A stretch of DNA of 64,000 bases from Nitrospirota bacterium (GCA_963840455.1 CAWIYV010000014.1:256001-320000); one strand, 5' to 3'; shown: positions 9,677-19,124, numbered from the stretch's first letter. The notes: generated by a model from the letters alone, not told the origin. Numbers and translations: made by a program.

Positions 9677-12202
9677 TTAATACGTTCCGCCAACTGAATA
9701 ATTTTGTGATCCCTGACTGCAGGGACTTACATTTCCACCCATACAGGTCGGATTGGTGTACGTAGTTGCGCCAATTCTCTTCGGCTGATGCTGCGGCAAC
9801 ACCTGTCTATTCCGAATGAACGCAACTGGAGTCGGATCCGTAGACCATCTGCTCGTCGCCGTAAGAAGTGTACCGACTGTGCCCAGTGCGTTGCTGCCGT
9901 GAGTATCCTGAGCACGAATAGGTCGAGGAACAACGGTTGTATAACCACTGCTATGACAAATATTGCAGCCGTACTGTGCGTACACTGTCATACCGCTATT
10001 ATTACCAGTCTGCCATGCAGAGCCTGTCCCATGAGGGGACACTGTATAACCGGCATGGCAAACCTGACATAACGTCACCGAATTAGCAGCTGAAGGTGTC
10101 CCGCTCACAGTCGCAATACCCCTGATAGTTTGAGCGTTACCATGGGCCGCAACCGTACGCGTGGTGAGTGGAGATGCTCCTGATACGTTATGACAGTCAA
10201 AGCAGTTTATAACCACACCTTGGCTGAGCGTACCAGCAGTTCCTCTTGTTCCTGTCGGCTTATAGGGATCATTCATTCTAGCAGCAGTTGGGAAGTCCCT
10301 GTTCTTTGGTCCTAGCACAGGATGCCAGGAGCTATTCGATGTCGCCAATTGTGTTTTAACATCAACAACACCGCCGAGAGCAGCAGCGCCATTAGCCACC
10401 GTATAATTTGCGCCCAGATTGACACCGCCAAAAGGCATGAAGGCAGTACCCCCCGGAGTGCGAACTGTCGGATTGGTTGCACCGTTGCTGTCATGGCAGG
10501 CCAGGCAGAACTTCTGGGTCAAGACGTTATCAACATTATTAGATGTGTTTCCGGTTGATGTTCTTGATCCTGCAGCATATGAGGTAGCAAACTTTGTGAA
10601 CGTAAAGGCTCCGCCAGTCATATTCGTGATGGGGGTCTCGCCGGCGCCGTCCGGGTCGCGCAGGTCAATGTTACCGTCACCATGCAAGGCCGATCGCGCT
10701 TGCGTCGCATAGTTACCCTCAAGATGGCAGACGATGCAATCTGCATCGGTAACTGCTCCGCGGCCTGATTTTTTATGGCCCCAAGCCAGACTGAATTCGC
10801 CCACAACGGCATCGCGTGGTGTTCCGTGCGTTCCTGTTTGAGCTGAGGCATGGCAATCAACGCACCTCGCTACCGCGCCGTGACAGAGCGTGTTGTCGAA
10901 GCAGTTCGGCGTTCCGGGCACGGGCGTACTGTAGGTCGGCGGCTGTATATTGTTCCAGTGACAGAGCCCGCAGACGGCGGCATTCGCCATATTAGTCGTC
11001 GAGTGCTTCCTTGTCGACGTCGACTGCCACGGGAAGGCGTGGGGCGAATTCACTCCAGCGCCATGACAGCCGGCCGTGTTCAGACAAGTGGTCGCGGCAG
11101 CGCCGGCGAAATTGGCGCCATGGCAGGTCTGACAGGTACTGAAACCCTGCATGGCCGTGGCACTCGGCGCTGACTTTGCTGCAGCACCGTGGGTGTCAGG
11201 GTTGGCCCACCCCGCGGCATGGCCCACCTGGCCGTGGCAGAGCGTATTGTCAAAACAGCCCACCGGCACCGTCAGGACAACGTAGGACGGAGGTTGCCTG
11301 TTCGCCAGGTGACAAAGCCCGCAAGCAGAAGCATTGGCCACATTAGTCGTCGAGTGCTTCCTTGTCGACGTCGACTGCCACGGGAAGGCGTGGGGCGAAT
11401 TCACTCCAGCGCCATGACAGCCGGCCGTGTTCAGACAAGTGGTCGCGGCAGCGCCGGCGAAATTGGCGCCATGGCAGGTCTGACAGGTACTGAAACCCTG
11501 CATGGCCGTGGCACTCGGCGCTGACTTTGCTGCTGCGCCGTGCTGGTCAGGGTTGGCCCATCCCACGGCATGGCCGACCTGGCCGTGGCACAGGGTATTG
11601 TCAAAGCACCCGACCGGTGTGCCGGACGGCAGGGCGACATAGGTTGGCGGCGTCCTGCCGCTCAGGTGACAGAGTCCGCAAACAGCGGCATTACCCGGAT
11701 CGGTCGTCGAGTGTTTCCTTGTCGACGTCGACTGCCACGGGAAGGCGTGGGGAGAATCCACTCCAGCGCCATGACAGCCGGCCGTGTTCAGACAAGTGGT
11801 CGCGAAGCCACCGGAAAAATCGGCTCCATGGCAGAGCTCACAGTGGGCAAATCCCGTGCTTGAGGAGGGAGCTGCTTTCGCTGCAGCTCCATGCTGTGTC
11901 GGATCGTTCCAGCCTGCCGGATGTCCGGAAGGTCCGTTTGCATGGCATGACATGCCATTAAAGGAAGCGGAATAACAGCTTACCCCGGAAATGCCGCCTT
12001 TCAGGTCTGAGCCGTGGCATTGTGTGCACTGACTCGAGTCAGAGAGAAAGGCCGCCGGGTGGTCCGCGACCCAGTTGTCAGGGTGCTTCCCTGTTTTGGA
12101 ATCAAATATTGTGCCGCCCTTGCGTGCATCGGTGCAAGCGGCAGCCAGCAGCATCAGCCCGATGCTCAGCGTGACGCCAATTCTCATGCTTATCGATGAC
12201 AT
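9677..12202 (-). CDS. Large multiheme cytochrome c lipoprotein with CX5CH and CX9CH motifs (ExtG-like position)
   Basis: Lipobox LAAAC; 13 CxxCH, 6 CX5CH (CLNTAGCH x3, CFDNTLCH x3) and 1 CX9CH. ATG 12202 chosen because its context matches the start at 1784. Confidence 0.93.
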   Translation of the reverse strand: MSSISMRIGVTLSIGLMLLAAACTDARKGGTIFDSKTGKHPDNWVADHPAAFLSDSSQCTQCHGSDLKGGISGVSCYSASFNGMSCHANGPSGHPAGWNDPTQHGAAAKAAPSSSTGFAHCELCHGADFSGGFATTCLNTAGCHGAGVDSPHAFPWQSTSTRKHSTTDPGNAAVCGLCHLSGRTPPTYVALPSGTPVGCFDNTLCHGQVGHAVGWANPDQHGAAAKSAPSATAMQGFSTCQTCHGANFAGAAATTCLNTAGCHGAGVNSPHAFPWQSTSTRKHSTTNVANASACGLCHLANRQPPSYVVLTVPVGCFDNTLCHGQVGHAAGWANPDTHGAAAKSAPSATAMQGFSTCQTCHGANFAGAAATTCLNTAGCHGAGVNSPHAFPWQSTSTRKHSTTNMANAAVCGLCHWNNIQPPTYSTPVPGTPNCFDNTLCHGAVARCVDCHASAQTGTHGTPRDAVVGEFSLAWGHKKSGRGAVTDADCIVCHLEGNYATQARSALHGDGNIDLRDPDGAGETPITNMTGGAFTFTKFATSYAAGSRTSTGNTSNNVDNVLTQKFCLACHDSNGATNPTVRTPGGTAFMPFGGVNLGANYTVANGAAALGGVVDVKTQLATSNSSWHPVLGPKNRDFPTAARMNDPYKPTGTRGTAGTLSQGVVINCFDCHNVSGASPLTTRTVAAHGNAQTIRGIATVSGTPSAANSVTLCQVCHAGYTVSPHGTGSAWQTGNNSGMTVYAQYGCNICHSSGYTTVVPRPIRAQDTHGSNALGTVGTLLTATSRWSTDPTPVAFIRNRQVLPQHQPKRIGATTYTNPTCMGGNVSPCSQGSQNYSVGGTY
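10880..11930 (-). repeat. Three intragenic tandem repeats of ~351-357 bp (four heme motifs each)
   Basis: About 190 bp identical at 10991-11183 and 11342-11534; third partial match from 11703. Confidence 0.92.
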
Positions 12203-12633
12203 GTTCTGCACCTCTCATTGTTCTTATAGCCGTGGCAGGGGAAGCAGGACGCGGGGTCCAGCTTGCCGTCGATCTTGTGCTGGTTCAGGTAATCCCCGCG
12301 GTGCGGCATCGTTCTCTGCGGGGCATCCTTGTACTTATCGCTGGGCTTCAGCTCTTCCTTGTTCGCATGGCAGTCCGCGCAGAAGGCCTGCGTGTGGCAG
12401 AGCTCGCAGGTCCGCTTCTGCTGGGCAGCCGGGAACTGGTGCCGGCTGGCCCAGTCCTCCCGGTGGTCCATGGCGGTGCGCCAGTCGGTGTGGCAGTTGC
12501 TGCAGACCGGCATGCCCTGCACCTCCATGGGGTGCTTCGCCGGGAGGCTCTGTGTGGTCGCGCAGGCGAACAGAATGCCGGCGATCATCATTGCCATACT
12601 GCCGAGGATCAGGGTCTTTGCTGTTCCGCTCAT
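12190..12633 (-). CDS. Pentaheme cytochrome c lipoprotein (ExtF/ExtC-like)
   Basis: Lipobox LFAC; CSNCH, CELCH, CADCH, CFPCH, CRTCH. Confidence 0.92.
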   Translation of the reverse strand: MSGTAKTLILGSMAMMIAGILFACATTQSLPAKHPMEVQGMPVCSNCHTDWRTAMDHREDWASRHQFPAAQQKRTCELCHTQAFCADCHANKEELKPSDKYKDAPQRTMPHRGDYLNQHKIDGKLDPASCFPCHGYKNNERCRTCHR

Positions 12634-12660
12634 GGCCTCTCCTGAATAGATGGTGTTGAC

Positions 12661-13974
12661 CTAAGGCTTCTTCCCGCCGGGCTTTGCGGCGCCAGCGGAC
12701 GGCGCAGTCTTGGCCGCTCCGCCGAGCTTTGCATCGAAGTTATAGACGAAGTTCAGCATGCCGCGTACCTCCCGGATGACGTCGGGATTCGTGACGTACT
12801 CCACGTCGGCGACGATGCGAGCCTTGGGTGAGAAAGTGTAACCTGCAGCAGCGGTCCCCGTGTAGGCATCTGAAATGCCGTTGATCGACTGCTCGTAGGA
12901 CACATGGACGAAATCGAGGGTCATATCCGCTTTGGCGAACTTCTTGAACACGTACACGCGCTGCTCGTCGTAGCGGAGGTCGTCTGCCGGCCCGTTCATG
13001 CGGTGCAGGGCGGCCCCGGCGCCGAAGCCGGCGCCCGTGTACACGATGCTGCCTCCCGCATAGGTCGCCGAATCGTTCAGGACCTGGTAATCGTAGTTCC
13101 GATAATCAGCAATGACCGTGATCGGCCCGCCGATGGTTATGGCGATGCTCCCGCCGGTCATGGTGACGATCTCGCTCGGATCGATGTTCGTGAACGAGAA
13201 GGCGCTCATCAGCATGCTCTGCGTATTATTGACCGCCGAGAAGTATTCTTTATACCAGGTCTTTGAGGCGTCGAGGTTCAGGCGGAACCATGCGAAGGGG
13301 CCGATTGCTGCGTGATACTGGTGCTGCATCCAGTTCTTGGACGAACCGTTATAGGACGATGTGCCCATGAGCTCCAGTTTGCTCAGCGGCCTGATCCACA
13401 GGTCGAGGCCCTCTTCCTTGCGGAAGTCTTTTCCGTCGTTCTTTTCCTTCAGGTAGGACATGCCGATGGTGTAGATGCCGGGCAATCCCTGGGAGACCCT
13501 GCCGCCGTACACTGAATCCCCTGAACGCGTATCGCCGGCGGTCTCGACGGGGTTGCCACCATATGCCGCGATGGTGAAGCCGCCCTTGAGGTCCGTGCGG
13601 GCATAGGCACCGTCGATCTGCGCCGAGGCGACCCCCTCATTTACCCAGAGCCTCCCGAAGCTCAGCGCCGAGTTGCCTGTATTCTTTTTCAGGGTCACAT
13701 AGGCGTATTGGAGGTCACCGGTGGATCTTGTGCCAAATTCTTCGTTCTGCAGATCATACCGGTACCATCCCCCGAAATGGAATGTAACGGCATCCGATCC
13801 CGCATTGCCGGCTTTGAAGTTGAGATATTCATACAGCGGAAGGTACCGCGTGCCGTCCGCGGCCTGCCCGGACTGAAGATAGGTGCGTGACTGCCCCGAA
13901 AGGTCGAGGGCTGAAGCGGTGAAGGGGAGCGAAAAAAGGAGGGACAATGATGCGGCGATGCGAAGTGATCTCAT
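12661..13974 (-). CDS. Outer-membrane beta-barrel porin of a porin-cytochrome conduit (ExtE/ExtB-like)
   Basis: Signal peptide MRSLRIAASLSLLFSLPFTASA, alternating Tyr/Gly-rich beta strands, YNF near the C-terminus; directly upstream of the cytochromes. Confidence 0.82.
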   Translation of the reverse strand: MRSLRIAASLSLLFSLPFTASALDLSGQSRTYLQSGQAADGTRYLPLYEYLNFKAGNAGSDAVTFHFGGWYRYDLQNEEFGTRSTGDLQYAYVTLKKNTGNSALSFGRLWVNEGVASAQIDGAYARTDLKGGFTIAAYGGNPVETAGDTRSGDSVYGGRVSQGLPGIYTIGMSYLKEKNDGKDFRKEEGLDLWIRPLSKLELMGTSSYNGSSKNWMQHQYHAAIGPFAWFRLNLDASKTWYKEYFSAVNNTQSMLMSAFSFTNIDPSEIVTMTGGSIAITIGGPITVIADYRNYDYQVLNDSATYAGGSIVYTGAGFGAGAALHRMNGPADDLRYDEQRVYVFKKFAKADMTLDFVHVSYEQSINGISDAYTGTAAAGYTFSPKARIVADVEYVTNPDVIREVRGMLNFVYNFDAKLGGAAKTAPSAGAAKPGGKKP

Positions 13975-14031
13975 GCGTTCATGCTCCTCGGAAGGTGAGT
14001 TTTCACCACAGATACCGCATATATTGCAGCC

Positions 14032-14060
14032 ATTGTATAGGTTCTTCTTGGCCGTGTCAA
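14032..14060 (-). promoter_or_regulatory. Sigma70 promoter of the porin-cytochrome operon
   Basis: TTGACA-17-TACAAT on the minus strand. Confidence 0.7.
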
Positions 14061-14070
14061 TAGTGCTCAC

Positions 14071-14086
14071 GGTGATCCTGATCACA
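14071..14086. promoter_or_regulatory. CRP/FNR-family-like binding site
   Basis: GGTGA-N6-TCACA, one mismatch from TGTGA-N6-TCACA. Confidence 0.5.
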
Positions 14087-14275
14087 AAAATAATCCCACC
14101 CGGGCCCGGGTTTTCACGGACGAATTACCTCGGGAAATGCCTGAGCCCACTGGCTAATCCGGCGATGTGGAAGTCGTCCCTTGATTTCTCCCTGCGGCTA
14201 GTGTACCTTTTACCTATATCTTTCCATCGTGGCCTTGCTGATCGCAGAGGACATGTGAGGGATGAGGAGTTCTGC

Positions 14276-15433
14276 ATGAAGCACACAACGCGAAGATCGT
14301 TCGTTGCTGCAGCCATCGTGCTGGCCGTTGGCGCTCTGGCCTCCTGCGCCACGGTCCATGTCAATCACATTCCGGAGCCGCGGCCGACGGCAAAGCTCCG
14401 GATCTATGTCGAAGCGTTCACCCTGGGGCCGAGCCATTGGTCGTGGTCGGTACCCCATGAACAGCATGCGAAGAACCAGATCATACGGACAGGCAAGTTC
14501 CTGGAGAAGAAGGGGATCTATGAGGTCGTGAGCACCGACGATGTAAAGGCCGTTATCGGGGACCAGGTGCTCTCCTACGATCTCATGAAGAACAACGGGT
14601 GGGCGAATGCCCGCGTGATCGGGAAAGCGCTGCACGCAGACTTTGTGCTGGTCACTGCCCGGAACAAGAGCAATGTGGGGACCGGCGAGTGGACGTTCAT
14701 ATTTACGACCGAGCTCGTGAACGTCGAGACCGGCGCAGCTTTCAGGTCGCAGATAAGCGTCAATAATATCATCGCTTCTGACCAAGAGTTCGCGACCAAG
14801 CTCATGCGGGAGAGCTATCGCGACCTGTTCACGCAGGCCAAACATGACATGATGGCTGTCGCAGTCCGGAAGGGGAGGGCATATGCCCCGCAGGCAGCGC
14901 CAGCCCCTGCGAAGGTCCAGCAGGCGCCGGTGATCGCAAGGCCGGCCGGGCCTTCAGCACCGGCGGCCCCGCCGATCCCTGATATCCCGGGAGCCGGCCT
15001 GTTCGAAGAGCCTAAGCGGGACCCGGGAGCGAAGAAGCTGGTGGTGTACGATCTCGATTCGATTGAACAGTACCGGACCGTTGCGCTGATCCTGGCCGAG
15101 GCCCTGCGTGAAGAGGTGTTCAAGCTAAAGCAGTTCGTGCTGGTGAACCGCGAGGATCTGCAAAAGGTGCTGGAAGAGATGGCACTACAGCAGACCGGCC
15201 TGATCGACGAGAAGCAGGCGGTCAAAACGGGCAAGGGGCTTGCGGCGAACCAGGTGGTGACAGGCCGGCTGGGGCTCCTGGGAAAGACCTTTGTATTGCA
15301 GGCGAAGCGGGTGGACGTGGAGACCTTCAGGACACTGAGTCTTGTCTCAACGAAGTTCACCGAGGGGCAGGAGGACGAAGTGCTGAACACGCTGCCCGAT
15401 TTCGTCCGGACGTTGGCAGGGCAGCAGCAGTAG
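14276..15433 (+). CDS. Lipoprotein with CsgG/LpoB-like domain(s)
   Basis: TRRSF...LASC; C-terminal LVNREDLQKVLEEMALQQTGL...GKGLAA..VVTG; Pro/Ala linker. Confidence 0.78.
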   Translation: MKHTTRRSFVAAAIVLAVGALASCATVHVNHIPEPRPTAKLRIYVEAFTLGPSHWSWSVPHEQHAKNQIIRTGKFLEKKGIYEVVSTDDVKAVIGDQVLSYDLMKNNGWANARVIGKALHADFVLVTARNKSNVGTGEWTFIFTTELVNVETGAAFRSQISVNNIIASDQEFATKLMRESYRDLFTQAKHDMMAVAVRKGRAYAPQAAPAPAKVQQAPVIARPAGPSAPAAPPIPDIPGAGLFEEPKRDPGAKKLVVYDLDSIEQYRTVALILAEALREEVFKLKQFVLVNREDLQKVLEEMALQQTGLIDEKQAVKTGKGLAANQVVTGRLGLLGKTFVLQAKRVDVETFRTLSLVSTKFTEGQEDEVLNTLPDFVRTLAGQQQ

Positions 15434-15473
15434 AACGGCTGTTCAATGAACGCGCGTTCCCAAGGAGGAGCCT

Positions 15474-16037
15474 ATGGACCTGTTCGAAGCGATCAAGACC
15501 CGGAGGAGTGTCAGGAAGTATGCCGACAAGCCCGTGGAGGACGAGAAGCTGGAAGCGGTGCTCGAGGCAGTGCGGCTGGCGCCGTCGTGGGCGAACATGC
15601 AGTGCTGGCGCATGGTGGTGGTCAGGGACGCGAAGGTGAAGGAGACGCTGAGTGACCTGTCCTATGTCGAGTCCTACTTCTCCCCGAAAGGGTACAAGGC
15701 GAACCCGTCCAAGAAGGCCCTTGCCGAGGCGCCAATGGTCATCGTCCTCTGCGCCGAGCCGCAGCAGTCGGGGGCGATCTGGGGCCAGAACTACTACCTC
15801 GTGGATGCCGGGATCGCGTCGGAGAACCTCATGCTCGCCGCCCGGGCCCAGGGGCTCGGCACGGTGTTCGTGGGCGTCTATGACGAGGTGAAGGTGAAGG
15901 GCATCCTGAACATCCCGGTGAACGTCAGGGTCGTGGGGCTTTTCCCCCTCGGCTATCCGGCAGCGGAGCAGACGGCCGGGCCTCCCCGCAAGCCGATGCA
16001 GGAGATCTGCTTCCACGGCATGTGGGGAGAACAATAG
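15474..16037 (+). CDS. Nitroreductase family protein
   Basis: [28 protein letters not shown]. Confidence 0.93.
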   Translation: MDLFEAIKTRRSVRKYADKPVEDEKLEAVLEAVRLAPSWANMQCWRMVVVRDAKVKETLSDLSYVESYFSPKGYKANPSKKALAEAPMVIVLCAEPQQSGAIWGQNYYLVDAGIASENLMLAARAQGLGTVFVGVYDEVKVKGILNIPVNVRVVGLFPLGYPAAEQTAGPPRKPMQEICFHGMWGEQ

Positions 16038-16124
16038 GGGAGACGGCCGGGACAGTTCCTGATGTTTCAGGTACGAGGGGCGGGCCCGGCCCGACCCTGA
16101 TTTGAGAACGGAGGCCATACAAGA

Positions 16125-16964
16125 ATGAAGATCACGTGCTGGGGGGCCAGGGGGTCCATCGCGGTGTCCGGGAAGGACTACGTGAAGTACGGTGGCGACA
16201 CGACGTGCGTTGAGGTCCGGAGCAAGAACAACGACATCATCATCCTTGACGCGGGCACCGGCATGCGGCGTCTCGGAAACAAGCTCCTCGCCTCCAATGA
16301 GCGCGACCTCAGCATCCTCTTCACGCACGCCCACTGGGATCACCTCATGGGATTTCCCTTCTTCAAGCCGATCTATATGAAAGGGACGTCGATCTCGATG
16401 TATGGCTGTCCGTACGCGCAGAAATCCGTCAAGGCCATGATCGGCAACACCATGGCAGCGCCTTATTTCCCCGTGGACTACGGCCTGTTGCAGGCAGAGA
16501 TCTCCTCCCACAGCGTGTGCAAGGAATCGTTCCAGATCGGGCCGGTTACCATCACGCCCATAGCCCTGAGCCATCCGAACATGGGGATCGGGTACAGGTT
16601 CGCCGAGGACGGCAAGAGCTTTGTTTTCCTGACGGACAACGAGCTGGCGCACAAGCACCATGGCGGCCTCGGCTATGATGATTACCTCCGGTTCTCCGAA
16701 GGCGCCGACCTGCTGGTCCACGACGCGGAATATACACCGGACCAGTATGCGATGACCAAGGGGTGGGGGCATTCCCTCTATACCGATGCCCTGCGCCTGG
16801 CCATGGAGGCAAAGGTAAGGCGATTCGGCTTGTTCCATCACAACCAGGACCGTACGGACGCGCAGCAGGACAAGATCGTTGACGACTGCAGAAGCATCGC
16901 CAAAGAGAAGAAGGTGCAGCTCTCCTGCTTTGCCCTCGAGCCGCAAATGGAGATTTCGCTGTAG
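16125..16964 (+). CDS. MBL-fold metallohydrolase (phosphodiesterase-like)
   Basis: WGARGS, LDAGTG, THAHWDH, WGHS, FHH. Confidence 0.9.
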   Translation: MKITCWGARGSIAVSGKDYVKYGGDTTCVEVRSKNNDIIILDAGTGMRRLGNKLLASNERDLSILFTHAHWDHLMGFPFFKPIYMKGTSISMYGCPYAQKSVKAMIGNTMAAPYFPVDYGLLQAEISSHSVCKESFQIGPVTITPIALSHPNMGIGYRFAEDGKSFVFLTDNELAHKHHGGLGYDDYLRFSEGADLLVHDAEYTPDQYAMTKGWGHSLYTDALRLAMEAKVRRFGLFHHNQDRTDAQQDKIVDDCRSIAKEKKVQLSCFALEPQMEISL

Positions 16965-17024
16965 CCCGGCCCTTCAATTCCCACGGTCCTTTCTCCCGTC
17001 TCTTTTTTCTGGACCTTGCAACGC

Positions 17025-17246
17025 ATGAACATCGGCATACAGACCTGGGGATCCGAAGGCGATGTGCGGCCGTTCCTTGCCCTCGCGGCGGGACTGCGGG
17101 CGGCGGGGCACGACGTGACCCTAGCGGTCACCCGCGTTATGATTGATGTGGATGTGCATAACGCCCGTTTGCTCGATATCAAAGAGTTTGAGTCATGGCA
17201 GCGGCTGGGGCACCGTGCCGACGCCGGTGTTCTGATAGTACAATGA
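17025..17246 (+). pseudogene. Truncated GT1/GT28-N glycosyltransferase fragment
   Basis: GSEGDVRPFLALAAGLRAAGHDV N-terminal motif; similarity ends near 17132, whereas the family is about 400 aa. Confidence 0.75.
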
Positions 17247-17277
17247 AAGAAAAATACTATTCGACGGGGAGGCTACT

Positions 17278-18051
17278 ATGAAGCGAAGAACAGCAGTAAT
17301 AGGCATGGCCGTGGCGATTGCGCTCGGATCGATGATCACTGCATATGCCGCGATCGTCGGGGCAAGGAAGGAGGGACTGGTCGAGTATGTCGGCGCACAG
17401 AAGGATATTTTTGTGAGCGGCAAGGCGTCCAGCGTCGTCTCTTTGGAAGACTTGGCCGGACGCAAGGGGCTCTATGCCATGGGACCCATTGACGGCCTTG
17501 ATGGCGAGATCACCATCTTCGACTCAAAGCCCTATATCACTCAAGTGCGGGGCAACGACTACACTCTCGATAAGACCTTTAAACACGGGGCGTTCTTCCT
17601 GGTCTGGACCGAGCAGGCGAACTGGATCGATGTGCCGCTGCCTGCAACGGTAAAGGGTTATGTGGATCTACAGAAGTTCGTGAAGGAGCAGGCTCAGAAG
17701 ACGGGGATCGACGTGACCAAGCCCTTCCCGTTCCTGATGACCGGAACGCCGGTTGAGATCAAGTGGCATATCAACGTGGACCGGACCGAGGGAAAACCCA
17801 TCACGAAAGAGCTGTTCGTCAAATCAAAGGCGCCGTTCGTGACGAAGAATGAACCCGTCGATATCATCGGATTCTATTCCGACCACCATGTCGGTGTGTT
17901 CCTCGCAGAGTACGCTCCCGCAATCAAAGAAGGCTCGGGCATGAAGAACGCGATCCACATCCATCTGGTGTCGCGAACGAGCAAGGCATCGGGCCACATC
18001 GACGATATCACCTTCGGTGATGGGATGGTACTGCGTCTGCCGAAATCGTAA
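17278..18051 (+). CDS. Alpha-acetolactate decarboxylase-like protein with a signal peptide
   Basis: GLDGEI, GFYS, HIH...GH Zn ligands; MKRR followed by a hydrophobic leader. Confidence 0.8.
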   Translation: MKRRTAVIGMAVAIALGSMITAYAAIVGARKEGLVEYVGAQKDIFVSGKASSVVSLEDLAGRKGLYAMGPIDGLDGEITIFDSKPYITQVRGNDYTLDKTFKHGAFFLVWTEQANWIDVPLPATVKGYVDLQKFVKEQAQKTGIDVTKPFPFLMTGTPVEIKWHINVDRTEGKPITKELFVKSKAPFVTKNEPVDIIGFYSDHHVGVFLAEYAPAIKEGSGMKNAIHIHLVSRTSKASGHIDDITFGDGMVLRLPKS

Positions 18052-18065
18052 TTGTCCGCCAGTTG

Positions 18066-18094
18066 TTGACTTCGCTGGTATGCAGGAATATAAT
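18066..18094 (+). promoter_or_regulatory. Sigma70 promoter
   Basis: TTGACT-17-TATAAT. Confidence 0.65.
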
Positions 18095-18097
18095 CAT

Positions 18098-18128
18098 GCC
18101 CGACCCGTTGTGATGGGTCGGGCTTTTC
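18098..18128 (+). terminator. Terminator-like hairpin
   Basis: gcccgaccc-loop-gggtcgggc followed by tttt. Confidence 0.6.
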
Positions 18129-18161
18129 TCTGTTCTCTGTCGAGGCGTGCCTGTGGACATC

Positions 18162-19124
18162 ATGCATATGACCTTCTCCATTTCAGGGGTGACGACCAAT
18201 CTCCTGTTCCCCCCACTCGTTGCAATGGTGATCTCGTTCTTTACCTCCATGGGTGGCATCTCCGGCGCCTTCCTGCTCCTGCCCTTCCAGATGAGCGTCC
18301 TTAACTACACTGCGCCATCGGTAAGCGGCACGAACCACGTGTTCAACATCGTCGCGATCCCCAGCGGCGTGTACCGTTATATCAAAGAAGGCCGCATGGC
18401 GTGGCCGCTCACCTGGGTTGTCATTGCCGGCACGCTCCCGGGTGTGTTCATCGGATACTATCTTCGCGTGCTGTACCTTCCGGACCCCAAAACGTTCAAA
18501 CTGTTCGTCGGGTGCGTCCTATTATATATCGGGATCAGGCTGTTCAAAGACCTGTTCGGCGGCAATAAGGACCGGTCAGCAGGAGCAAAGGTCCTTGAGG
18601 AAAAGTTCAAGGCACGGGCATTTGAGATGAGGAAAGAACATCATGCGAAGATTGCAGCGGGCCTTCCCGCGGACGCCGTGGTGAGAACGATAAGTGTGTC
18701 GCTCCAGAAGGTCGAGTACGAGTTTTGGGGTGAGAGATTCTCGTTCAACACGCTGGGTATGTTCGCTCTCGCCTTTGCGGTCGGCATTATCGGAGGTGCG
18801 TATGGGATCGGCGGCGGCGCCATTATCGCGCCCTTCTGCGTGGCCTTCTTCCAGTTGCCGGTCTATACCATTGCCGGAGCGACGCTGACGGGAACGCTCA
18901 TCACCTCGGTCGCGGGAGCGCTCTTCTTCAGCGTGCTGCCGGCGACGCACGGCGTATCACCCATGCCTGACTGGCCGCTGGGGGTCCTCTTCGGTGTCGG
19001 CGGATTCGCGGGGATGTATCTCGGCGCGAAGACACAGAAATATATGCCGCAGAAGTTCATTAAGATATTCGTGGGCACTGCCATCCTATTCCTTGCAATA
19101 AAATACATTACGCAATATTTATAA
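18162..19124 (+). CDS. TauE/SafE-family sulfur-compound transporter
   Basis: Two homologous halves, GGISGAFLLLP and GIGGGAIIAP; multiple TMs. Confidence 0.9.
   Translation: MHMTFSISGVTTNLLFPPLVAMVISFFTSMGGISGAFLLLPFQMSVLNYTAPSVSGTNHVFNIVAIPSGVYRYIKEGRMAWPLTWVVIAGTLPGVFIGYYLRVLYLPDPKTFKLFVGCVLLYIGIRLFKDLFGGNKDRSAGAKVLEEKFKARAFEMRKEHHAKIAAGLPADAVVRTISVSLQKVEYEFWGERFSFNTLGMFALAFAVGIIGGAYGIGGGAIIAPFCVAFFQLPVYTIAGATLTGTLITSVAGALFFSVLPATHGVSPMPDWPLGVLFGVGGFAGMYLGAKTQKYMPQKFIKIFVGTAILFLAIKYITQYL

Noticed and set aside
13883-14275. N-terminal extensions of the divergent porin and lipoprotein ORFs
   Set aside because: Signal peptides begin at 13974 and 14276; the interval holds promoter elements.
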